Source: an uncultured Candidatus Saccharibacteria bacterium
GTDB taxonomy: Bacteria; Patescibacteriota; Minisyncoccia; Phycocordibacterales; UBA9973
Direction: 5' to 3'
Assembly: GCA_964500465.1 (NCBI GenBank)
Contig: CAZCNB010000004.1
Span: forward strand, 1,160-65,159
Length of the DNA: 64,000 bases
The translations under genes were made by a program, and so were the position numbers. Shown one piece after another: positions 11,501-17,507 of this stretch; the first letter of the stretch is position 1, and every line of letters starts with the position of its first letter. Below the pieces are notes generated by a model. It was not told where the DNA came from, did not search any database, and was given only the letters and a program-made list of their open reading frames with translations.

Positions 11501-11780
11501 TGGCGGCGGTGGATCCGGAGCTCTAGGTACAGCAGTTTTGACAGGGGATTCTGTTTCAAGTGTTACTGTTGATAACGGAGGTTCTAATTACACGAGTGTA
11601 CCTAGTGTAGTATTCAATAGTAATTGTCCTACAACTGGTGGAGGTGGAGGTGGAGGTGGAGATATAGGTTTCTTGTACGATAAAAAGAGAATGTTTGCAC
11701 TGCTTGATCAGTCTGGACTTATAAATATTAAAAGTTACTTCTCTAAAATTTTCACAAGTAAGTTTAATTACTTTAAATAA
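2529..11780 (+). CDS. Giant (3083 aa) secreted adhesin with autotransporter-associated beta-strand (PATR-like) repeats; no C-terminal beta-barrel
   Basis: Signal peptide (..TEA/ATRTWTG), many 'TKxGxGTLTLSGxNTYTGxTTIxAGTL' repeats, Gly/Thr/Ala-rich composition, C-terminal 'GGSGYxSxPTV' modules; GTG start. Confidence 0.9.
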   Translation: MKKNFTNSIRIFAIFFVAVFLFSFNTKFTEAATRTWTGTTSGSWSVASNWGGTAPVTGDDLVFPSGASNLSNTNDFIENTIFNSITFSGSGYTISGNPIILGAGLAGITDSVSSGGNTIALDIRLDVTRDIVVTNTTETLTISGRISGVGGINKEGTGKLILSGANTFGGILKINVGVVNAQNNTALGTIAGGTEVVGNAALELQGNINISYEALALRGYGPSSGGALRNISGNNNFSGLITMVAGGAEISSDSGTLTLLGGSSGGFPLTIDGSGNITFDKTPIIAGATVTKNGAGTLKYNFPNTYTGLTTINAGTLLYGVDNAILTGGITVTGGTLDIATYSDMVGTVTLGTLDLASGTITGTTGMLSSATWTLYNGTISAIIAGDGGTITKSTPGTVVLTRPNQFTGAVTISTGILEVQDSNALGLIDGITTVTAGATLQINGSGLSIPEYITFSGTGHLYTGAIRNKTGNNTLTGLLTLGTAGLIESDSGTTLTIDGKGLSAANIGLVIGGAGNVTFTSNAPIYGSGATLTKNDTGTLTLQGFNNFTGSTNLSRGEIVLSGSGAIPNSAITIGSGGTLTIDNSTTSALNRLSETAALTMNGGTFKFIGSSSGDVAESTGALTLASGHNIIDISPGSGGSTTMTFSSLSRTAGATALFRGTNFGSKPGSNVSTLMFTSAPTLIGGGGAANSPTISIIKGVFGDTSLSGTGSDMVTYNIGNTYGIRLLNSVGFTGEYSGDLNTPNANVKLTLDRAATTTNTNSIILDGFNITNPGGATTLPIASASLAGNILIDSATNIDGANTTLGITTFELNILASSNSTISAVIGTAVAGSLTLSGTGNVTLSGASAYTGTTSINNATLTAGANNILSTGGLTVIGGTYNIGNFSESLGAVILQNGTITGGSGVLTSTASYSFREGTVSAIIAGAVAVTRIATNTAADSVVTMTRNNTYTGATTITSGILRLGGAGDATNTPLGTTAGSTTVANIAALDLNGFTLGTAEAISIAGLGYGLGSTVANGNSNLGAIMNSSASAVSYSGAITLTAAARINADSGNLTISSAFSGAFGLTIGGFSNSTLSGVIGIGTGTITKDGIGVLTLSNSNTYTGSTTISAGTLKLGAAGGATNTPLGTTAGITTVSTGARFDLNGFTLGAAEPLTLNGVGYGLGDFASGALINSSGSTVSYSGLITLGSSGVLIKADSGTINLTNTGTISGATFALTLGGTGIGTLSSIIGTTTGTVTKIDTGTWTLSAAASTYTGATTINRGTLKLGVAGGATNTPLGTTGGGTSILSGGVLDLAGFTLGTAEALTINGRGINDGGALINSGGAATFAGAITQATDSRITNSGSGLLTLSGAISGVFALYIGGTNNITTAVLGMGTGTLTKQGSGTVTATGTHTYTGETRIDEGTFAYGATTTLAATNLLMKGGTFNSGANADTIGTVTLVGGTITNSAALTGTAYTFESGTISGILAGAVAVTKNTNNTVNLTGVNTISSTITINAGTLSLSGAGTATAVTGVTVNLGGTLTLDNSTTNSGDRLSGTTNNIVITMNGGNLNFIGNSAAAASETLGKLALASGHNVVTVTPGAGGSTTLTFGNNPGFNRTAGATVLFRGTSFGATPAANVSTLIFSTAPTLTGAAGAANSTTISVIKGAFGDSSLSGTGSDMVTYNVGNTNGLRLLNGAGFAGEYATALTTNTNVKLSANTVASTASINSLILNGFGITNPGSAATLTIGSASLAANILMNSSTDIAGANTTVAFSTVELSVLANNTSTISAVLNTAASGPMTLSGSGNVTLSAANAYTGTTTINNATLTYGVSNAISTGGLTIVGGLVNLNGNSDTVGTISINAGRITTGAGTLTGNGTFSTVANNNVASTITGNLGLGANATFTINDGLMDNDAFISAVISGAFTFAKAGAGVLELSGSNTYTGTTTISAGILRLGAAGDATNTPLGTTAGSTTVSGASSALDLNGFTLGTSEALTLSGALATGALQNTSSTAVAYSGLITLGAASTIISNYGDVNISNTGTITGATFGLTIGGAGNGTLSSILGTTSGTLTKNGLGVWTLSGSSTYTGLTTISAGTLKLGAAGGATNTPLGTTGGATSITSGAILDLNGFTLGTSEAVTINGTGIANYGAFINSTNNTISYTGAITMGAASRIVNYGTGVMTISGNISGNFALTVVAVGNFTQATNSIWSGTGSLVKEGSGTLILSGQNTMTGAMTVSTGTLQLGANGGVTNTPLGTIAGGVTVSAGAVLDLSTFTAGGASTWEPLTLNGSGLLNGGALISNSTTGSSFATVAQTNARVVNNGSGALVITGAVTGGSTFWVGGSGNTTISGALNTAGLLLTKYGAGTLTLSSATNINTSLVRINAGTLAYGVADALSTPPVTVAGGTLNLNGFNETNLGALTLIDGSVVNTGAAATLTSTATYTLEKGTVSAVLGGTVVAVIAKNTAGKVILSGDNTFSGTSATIAVNAGYLNLQHSNALGAAASANTTTISGGATLELENSVTIPSVKAITANGTGMSRSGAIRSVSGTNSIGANVTLGTTNVRINSDSGTLTIPTISGNTFNLIFGGAGNTTVSGAISTTTGSLTKDGAGSLTLSGVNTYTGSTTAIAGTIVANSTSSIGDGSNANNTFIFRGGTLQATGTITSASTRAFSLATNAIIDTNGNSISIAGTVGSTGGLTVNGAGTLTLTGTTTIGGNLTIASGTFVAPTTMTVNGDFSNSGTFTHNNGSLTLTPTNSTLTTNILGSSNTTFYNLINTTPGSTVKLKAGNTYTFANVLNLTGVDGNPISINSDTPDSQWLMTLSGSSSISYLKVKDSGCSGGNSVGASSNIYNYGNNGPCWSFVTPTHGGGGGGYIEGSGALGTVVLTGNVVTGVIITNGGGGYSTPPTVKFCGGGGSGALGTAVLSSGSVSSVTIDNGGSGYSSSVTVVFGSNCPTTGGGGGGTGGSSSARATAVVSSNVVQSVTIDFGGSGYTSTPTVKFCGGGGSGALGTAVLTGDSVSSVTVDNGGSNYTSVPSVVFNSNCPTTGGGGGGGGDIGFLYDKKRMFALLDQSGLINIKSYFSKIFTSKFNYFK
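4260..9600 (+). repeat. Diverged internal tandem duplication (about 2.85-2.93 kb offset) within the giant adhesin; boundaries approximate
   Basis: The block GGTLT(I/L)DNSTT...RTAGAT.LFRGT.FG...SLSGTGSDMVTYN.GNT occurs at ~4260 and ~7098. Each copy is followed by three 'G(G/D)(A/V)TNTPLGT' units (~5430, 5890, 6345 and ~8360, 8790, 9230). Confidence 0.85.
11220..11527 (+). repeat. Exact 38-bp direct repeat (11220-11257 and 11490-11527) in a duplicated C-terminal Gly-rich module
   Basis: GTTAAATTCTGTGGCGGCGGTGGATCCGGAGCTCTAGG is seen twice, 270 bp apart. Confidence 0.85.
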
Positions 11781-11820
11781 CCAAACGATTAATTTATTCT
11801 TGCCCCCGCTATTTCTATCG

Positions 11821-11849
11821 TTGCTCAAATTTTCCATTTAACTTATAAT
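11821..11849 (+). promoter_or_regulatory. Sigma70 promoter TTGCTC-17-TATAAT, 7 nt before ATG (leaderless-type)
   Basis: -35 at 11821-11826, -10 at 11844-11849, ATG at 11857. Confidence 0.6.
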
Positions 11850-11856
11850 ATCAAGT

Positions 11857-12366
11857 ATGTCTACTAACTTCAGGATTGATGAATCAAGCACATCTGATCA
11901 ATATGAATCCCAAGACCGTGTTTTTACAACAAGGATTGTAAAAAAAAGACCATTTATGACCAAACGAAAGTTTACAAATACCATCATGCTGATAGCTTTA
12001 TTAATAGCACTTTCTTTTAGTGGATATTTGTATTATAAGCTCAACAATCTACAAAAAAATACTAAAGAAAATGTCGATAAAGAATCAAAAGATTTACTTA
12101 GTAAGGTTGCACGGTTATATTTAATACCAACTGGTGAAGAACCAACTATAGCTACAGTTTCAGATCCAGTTAAATTAAAAGATCAATCTTTTTTTTCTAG
12201 TTCTCAAAAAGGTGACAAAGTTCTTATTTTTTCTGAAGCAGGAAAAGCTGTGCTATATAGACCAAGTATAGATAAGATTATAGAAGTTGCTCCAATAAAT
12301 AATTCTAAGAAAGATGCTAAAGTACCTGAAAAAACAACAGAACCAACTAAAGATAAGACATTTTAG
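11857..12366 (+). CDS. Single-pass membrane protein of a hypothetical family recalled from CPR genomes
   Basis: One TM segment, then 'EEPTIATVSD...QSFF...GDKVLIF...KAVLYRP'. Confidence 0.7.
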   Translation: MSTNFRIDESSTSDQYESQDRVFTTRIVKKRPFMTKRKFTNTIMLIALLIALSFSGYLYYKLNNLQKNTKENVDKESKDLLSKVARLYLIPTGEEPTIATVSDPVKLKDQSFFSSSQKGDKVLIFSEAGKAVLYRPSIDKIIEVAPINNSKKDAKVPEKTTEPTKDKTF

Positions 12367-13393
12367 TCTAATTGCATCATTTGTTTTCTTCCTGTCTCTT
12401 CTTTATCCATTCTCACAAATTTTTGCAGCACTATCTTGTAATGTTACTACTCAGGCAGCTTGTACTGGCGGAAGTGTAATACTCTTGCGCATGTCTGGTT
12501 CTACAAACGCTCACGCTGAACTTCCAAGTCAATCAAATACAAACTATGACAACTATGTTATATGTTGTTCAAGTTCTTCATCTATTGGAAATTCATGCAG
12601 TGCGTTTAATAAACAAGTGTTTTTAAAACTATCCGGTGTAACCAATGGCACTGTTCAAGAAACAAGTGTTAATACTTATGGAACTGATGCATGTCTTTCT
12701 GATGCAGTAGGGAACGATACTATTACTGTAGGATATCAGAATTCAAATTGTACTGGATACGACACTACTCTTGCTTCAATTTCTTCTTCAGATAATGCTC
12801 ATATAGGAGACGGCAGCGCTTATACTAGAAAAGTTTGTGCAACTGTCATACCTCAAACTATTTCTTTTGATATAGATACTGCATCTGACTTTAGTAATGG
12901 AGAGTCAAGTGCTCCATATTCTGTTGATTTGGGGACAATAACTACATCTACTGTTAAACATTCAGACAGTTCAACAGTGCGCATGATTGTATTAGAAGGA
13001 GATACAAATGCAGCCGGTGGCATGGTAGTAACAGTTCGAAATGCAAATGGTACAAACGGTCTAGTGTCTACATCAACTCCAGCAGATAACATAAACAGTG
13101 CAACAGCAACAATGGCAAACGGTACAGAAAACTATGGACTATGTGTTGCAACAGCTGGACTTACTGGATTTTCTAGGTCAACTGGCTATAGTTCTGATTC
13201 GTGTTCGCTTGCTTCAGGCACTAATGGTGTCCAAGCTCTAAGTACAACTCCAACAAGTATTATCAATTCTGCTGGAGCTCCAATTACCGGGGGTCATGCT
13301 GAGGTTGTTGTAAATGGAGCAGTTAGTGCAACAACTGCGTCTCACAACGACTACGCGGACACTCTAACATTCATTGCTACAGGGACATTTTAA
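12314..13393 (+). CDS. Secreted Cys-rich protein with WxL/pilin-like C-terminal domain (paralog A)
   Basis: Signal peptide (..QIFA/ALSC), Cys-rich N-domain, C-terminus HNDYADTLTFIATGTF shared with the next gene. Confidence 0.75.
   Translation: MLKYLKKQQNQLKIRHFSLIASFVFFLSLLYPFSQIFAALSCNVTTQAACTGGSVILLRMSGSTNAHAELPSQSNTNYDNYVICCSSSSSIGNSCSAFNKQVFLKLSGVTNGTVQETSVNTYGTDACLSDAVGNDTITVGYQNSNCTGYDTTLASISSSDNAHIGDGSAYTRKVCATVIPQTISFDIDTASDFSNGESSAPYSVDLGTITTSTVKHSDSSTVRMIVLEGDTNAAGGMVVTVRNANGTNGLVSTSTPADNINSATATMANGTENYGLCVATAGLTGFSRSTGYSSDSCSLASGTNGVQALSTTPTSIINSAGAPITGGHAEVVVNGAVSATTASHNDYADTLTFIATGTF
13013..13173 (+). repeat. 161-bp near-identical repeat, copy 1 (copy 2 at 14328-14488)
   Basis: By-eye alignment shows 4 mismatches, all synonymous. 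Confidence 0.9.
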
Positions 13394-13399
13394 GTAAAG

Positions 13400-13408
13400 T
13401 TATCCACA
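13400..13408 (+). promoter_or_regulatory. Perfect DnaA box TTATCCACA upstream of an extended -10 (TGaTAAAAT, 13445-13453)
   Basis: Exact consensus, intergenic between paralogs A and B. Confidence 0.5.
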
Positions 13409-13502
13409 TATATAGACGTTTTTTTGGTTATTTGGATATTTTTATGATAAAATATACGTATAAAAAGTGGCATTATTATTATTAATTTACAAGAAGTTTG
13501 TT

Positions 13503-14702
13503 ATGAATATTATTAAAATTATAAAATCTGTTTCTTCTAAGTTTGCTACCAGTTTTCTTATCGTAGCTTTGGTTGTTGTAAGTACATTTGGACCACAGTT
13601 GGCAACAGCTGCGTCCTTTACAACATCAAAGGACACTACTACGCGTCTAAAGTTATCTACTACTGCGGACCATATAATTAACTTCACATTACCAACTGGA
13701 GTTACTTTTGATGTATCTGGTAACACTGACGTCCTACGCGTTGATTTTCCTTCTTCCTTTACTCAGGGTGGTACTTGGCAAACAGCTGATTTTACATTTA
13801 ACGACGGTACAGCAAGAACAGTGAATGCTGTTTCAGCAGGAGCTGGTACTATAGATGTTACTTGTACAGATGCTGCCAACAACGTTGGTGTTGCTATCGA
13901 TACGACTAACTTAGTATTTACAGTTAAACCTTGTGGAGCATCATTCACAGCTTCAGGTTCTGCAGCTACTGTGACATTCACAATATTTGGTACAACAACT
14001 ACAGGTACTGGAACCTTAACTAATCCTTCATCTGTTGCTGCAACTAATATAGACTTTGGTATGTGTGACGAAACAGCTTCATGTACTTCTTCATACACAA
14101 ACTCACATTCAAGTCAGATTGCATATGCGATAGCTGATGATGATCAAGTTAACGTCTCTGCGATTGTAGGTTCATCAATAAACTTCGATATAGATACTTC
14201 TGTTGCAGATGCTGAAACAAACACACCTTATACTGTTGCTCTCGGTACTGTTACAACCGCTGATACACGCATTTCAGGAAGTACTGACAGTGTGAACATG
14301 ATAATACTAGAAGGTGACACTACTGGTGCCGGTGGCATGGTAGTAACAGTTCGAAATGCAAACGGTACAAACGGTTTAGTATCTACATCAACTCCTGCAG
14401 ATAACATAAACAGTGCAACAGCAACAATGGCAAACGGTACAGAAAACTATGGACTATGTGTTGCAACAGCTGGACTTACTGGATTTTCAAGAGCTGGATC
14501 ATATAACTCAGGTACATGTGCGCTAAACACTCTCAGTGATGTGAAGGCTCTAAGTACAACAGATGCTAATATAATCAGCACCACAGGACCATTTACTGGA
14601 GGCCATGCTGAAGTTGTAGTAAGTGCTGCTATAAGTACTTCAACTGTTGCTCACAATGACTACGCCGACACACTTACCTTTATTGCTACAGGTACATTCT
14701 AA
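13503..14702 (+). CDS. Secreted Thr/Ser-rich protein with WxL/pilin-like C-terminal domain (paralog B)
   Basis: ATG at 13503 preferred over GTG at 13467; signal peptide (..LATA/ASF); ends HNDYADTLTFIATGTF. Confidence 0.75.
   Translation: MNIIKIIKSVSSKFATSFLIVALVVVSTFGPQLATAASFTTSKDTTTRLKLSTTADHIINFTLPTGVTFDVSGNTDVLRVDFPSSFTQGGTWQTADFTFNDGTARTVNAVSAGAGTIDVTCTDAANNVGVAIDTTNLVFTVKPCGASFTASGSAATVTFTIFGTTTTGTGTLTNPSSVAATNIDFGMCDETASCTSSYTNSHSSQIAYAIADDDQVNVSAIVGSSINFDIDTSVADAETNTPYTVALGTVTTADTRISGSTDSVNMIILEGDTTGAGGMVVTVRNANGTNGLVSTSTPADNINSATATMANGTENYGLCVATAGLTGFSRAGSYNSGTCALNTLSDVKALSTTDANIISTTGPFTGGHAEVVVSAAISTSTVAHNDYADTLTFIATGTF
14328..14488 (+). repeat. 161-bp near-identical repeat, copy 2
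   Basis: Matches 13013-13173. Confidence 0.9.
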
Positions 14703-14721
14703 AAATTAACTCTTTAATTAA

Positions 14722-15753
14722 ATGCCCACTTTCTCTAACAAAAGAGTCGCAAATACTCTACTAATACTGGTTGCTATAGTGTGCTTTTCTTATGCACAAA
14801 ATGTTTCAGCACTAAGCATTTCTCCAGTAAGAGTTGAGGTAAGTGGTAATCCTGGTGAGACTATAGAAAAAGAGACAACCCTAATAAATGATAGTGATGC
14901 TTCAGAAGTAATATACTATTCTTCATATGCCAACTTTGAAGCATCTGGAGATACGGGTAATCCTTCTTTTGTAGAAGGTAATCATGACATAGCAACATGG
15001 ATGTTTGTTCCTGCTTCAATTAGCCTAAAACCTAAAGAGTCTAAAAAGATAAACTTAAAAATTGAAATTCCAAAAGATGCTGAACCAGGAGGTCACTTCG
15101 GTGCAGTGTTTTGGGGTACTAGTCCAAACAATCCAGGCTCAGGTGTTTCTATCGGTGCAAAAACTGGAGTCCTAGTCCTTCTTTCTGTAAATGGAGATGT
15201 AAAAGAGGGTGGAGGACTAGTTGATTTTGTTTTGAAAGATAAAAAAGTATTTTATAACACACTACCAGTATCTCTTGTATATAGATTTAGAAATGATGGA
15301 GGTGATCGTATAAAACCAGTAGGTAAAATTACTATGCATGATTTATTCTATATACCTGAGGATAAAATAAATGCGAATCCTACAAGTGGTAATATCCTCC
15401 CTAATAGTACTCGACGTTTTGAGGTTGATTGGGTTAAAAATCCAAGAGCTAAAGATTACGTAGAACCTAATGGACCTATAGGGAAATTTTTTGATAAGGC
15501 ACTTTACCAATGGAAAAACTATGCTTTTGGACCATATTTTGCAAAATTGGATCTTCTTTATGGTACAAATGCAACCCGTGTTTCTAAAACAGTTTTCTTC
15601 TTTGTATTTCCTTGGCAATTATTAATATGCCTAGCGGTCATCTTGTTTATTGTATTTTGGGGAGGAAGGAAACTACTTAGACGTTACAATAGATACATAA
15701 TACAAAAGGCTCGTCTTGGTATTAAAACACCAAACGATGCCGGTCATGAGTAA
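14722..15753 (+). CDS. DUF916/fimbrial-chaperone-like Ig-fold protein with C-terminal TM anchor
   Basis: 'ALSISPVRVE..GNPGET', 'IPKDAEPGGHFGAVF', 'GVLVLLSV', 'FRNDGG..IKPVG', 'NILPNSTR'; C-terminal 'FPWQLL..' TM segment plus basic tail. Confidence 0.7.
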   Translation: MPTFSNKRVANTLLILVAIVCFSYAQNVSALSISPVRVEVSGNPGETIEKETTLINDSDASEVIYYSSYANFEASGDTGNPSFVEGNHDIATWMFVPASISLKPKESKKINLKIEIPKDAEPGGHFGAVFWGTSPNNPGSGVSIGAKTGVLVLLSVNGDVKEGGGLVDFVLKDKKVFYNTLPVSLVYRFRNDGGDRIKPVGKITMHDLFYIPEDKINANPTSGNILPNSTRRFEVDWVKNPRAKDYVEPNGPIGKFFDKALYQWKNYAFGPYFAKLDLLYGTNATRVSKTVFFFVFPWQLLICLAVILFIVFWGGRKLLRRYNRYIIQKARLGIKTPNDAGHE

Positions 15754-16633
15754 TATAAAATCAATATTATCTTTTGCCCTTATTTTTTTAGTGGCTTCAG
15801 CTATACCTATTTATGTTTTTGCTATAGATTACTCTCTGCCTCCTGAAAATGTATCAGTTTCTGCTGTTGTTACTGGACCAATTATTGGTCCTATAGATGA
15901 TGGTGGTGGAGGTGGTGGAATGTTATATGGTCTTATATTTTCAGGTTGGGCTTATCCAGGAGCCACAGTGCATATAATGAAAGACGGTATTCCTAAGACA
16001 ACTACTTTAGCAAATAGTGAAGGTTATTTTAGTGTTACTCTTAGCGAATTATATAAATCAAATGTTTTATATACTTTATACGCTATAGATAAAGATAATA
16101 GACGATCTATATTACTAAACTATCCAATTGTAGTGAAAATAGGTTATTTTACTCAAATCTCTGGTATCCGTTTCCCACCAACCATATCTACTGATAAAAA
16201 TGAAGTAAAAGCAGGAGATTCAATAATTGTACGAGGTTATGCTTTACCAAATAAACTTCTTGATGTTGTAATACAGGGTATTAGCGGAAAAACTTTTTAT
16301 GTAACTAGTAATCCAGATGGAACTTATGAGTTACCCATATCACTTTTTGGATTTAGAAAAAATAATTACAACTTACACGTAAATTATAATTTGGATAAAA
16401 AAATAAGTAAGGTTATTCAATTTACAATAGGTGACGCTAATATTTTAAGTGTAGATTTGGTTAATAACTTACCAGGCGATTGTAATGCTGACCAAATTAT
16501 AAATATAGTAGATTTTTCTGTTGCAGCTTTTTGGTATGGTAAACCAAATCCACCACGTTGTATAGATACTAATAACGACAATACTATCAATCTTATCGAT
16601 TTTTCTATATTGGCATTTTACTGGACTGGATAA
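15746..16633 (+). CDS. Secreted Ig-like protein with C-terminal dockerin domain
   Basis: Two Ca-loop repeats GDCNADQIINIVDFS and DTNNDNTINLIDFS; poly-Gly linker; ATG at 15746 overlaps the end of the upstream gene. Confidence 0.85.
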   Translation: MSNIKSILSFALIFLVASAIPIYVFAIDYSLPPENVSVSAVVTGPIIGPIDDGGGGGGMLYGLIFSGWAYPGATVHIMKDGIPKTTTLANSEGYFSVTLSELYKSNVLYTLYAIDKDNRRSILLNYPIVVKIGYFTQISGIRFPPTISTDKNEVKAGDSIIVRGYALPNKLLDVVIQGISGKTFYVTSNPDGTYELPISLFGFRKNNYNLHVNYNLDKKISKVIQFTIGDANILSVDLVNNLPGDCNADQIINIVDFSVAAFWYGKPNPPRCIDTNNDNTINLIDFSILAFYWTG

Positions 16634-16640
16634 CTAGAAT

Positions 16641-17507
16641 ATGAAAAAAATTTTATTTATAATAGTAATATTTTTTGTTCACACACTTACTACACACGCA
16701 GCAAGTGTTTCTATTGTTGCACCTACAACAGTTGAAACCACAAATCAGTTTAATGTTTCTGTGTATCTAAATACCGAAGGGGTATCAATAAATTCTATCG
16801 ATATTACATTATCTTACCCAGATGACATTATGATCTTTCAGGGATATAAAGAAGATGGTGGAGTCAAGAAAATTTGGATTCAAACTCCAAAAGAACAGAA
16901 TGGCACTATTCGTTTTTCTGGTATTATTCCTGGTGGTGTAAATGGTATTTATGATCCAGATAAGATCGGATTACAACCTGTGCCACTTACTACTTTACTT
17001 TTTTCTCCAAGAGCGAATGGTTCTGGTGATCTATCAATACTTAATTCCAAGATTTTACAAAATGATGGAATTGGAAGTGAATTACTTCACACAATTTCTA
17101 ATCAAAAAATCCTAGTCAGTATCTCGAACGAATCTCTAGAAGAAAACAAACAATCTATTTTAGACAAAGAATTACCTGAACCATTTAAGATTGAATTCAT
17201 ACCATCAGGTTTATTTTCAGAAACACCCTCCATGATATCTTTTTTTGCAGTGGATAATTTATCTGGAGTAGCAAAATATCAAGTAAAAGATGGGAGTAGT
17301 ATATGGAAGGATGCTACAAGTCCACTAGTTACTCCAAAAGGGATAGTTAAAAGAACTATAACCGTACGAGCTATAGATTTCTCAGGGAATGTGCGTGAAT
17401 CTAGTATAGATATACCAGGCATACTTTCTGCGATACAATTGGTGGCAGTTTTTATACTTTTCACTGTTTGCTACTTCATGTTTTTTGTGGTAAAAAGAAG
17501 AAGATGA
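16641..17507 (+). CDS. Cohesin-domain protein with C-terminal TM anchor
   Basis: Signal peptide; 'FNVSVYLNT..SINSIDITLSYP', 'IRFSGIIPGG', 'ILQNDGIG'; C-terminal TM segment plus KRRR. Confidence 0.75.
   Translation: MKKILFIIVIFFVHTLTTHAASVSIVAPTTVETTNQFNVSVYLNTEGVSINSIDITLSYPDDIMIFQGYKEDGGVKKIWIQTPKEQNGTIRFSGIIPGGVNGIYDPDKIGLQPVPLTTLLFSPRANGSGDLSILNSKILQNDGIGSELLHTISNQKILVSISNESLEENKQSILDKELPEPFKIEFIPSGLFSETPSMISFFAVDNLSGVAKYQVKDGSSIWKDATSPLVTPKGIVKRTITVRAIDFSGNVRESSIDIPGILSAIQLVAVFILFTVCYFMFFVVKRRR

Noticed and set aside
13013-14488. Possible DGR template/variable repeat pair
   Set aside because: Mismatches are synonymous and not adenine-specific, both copies are coding, and no reverse transcriptase is in the window.
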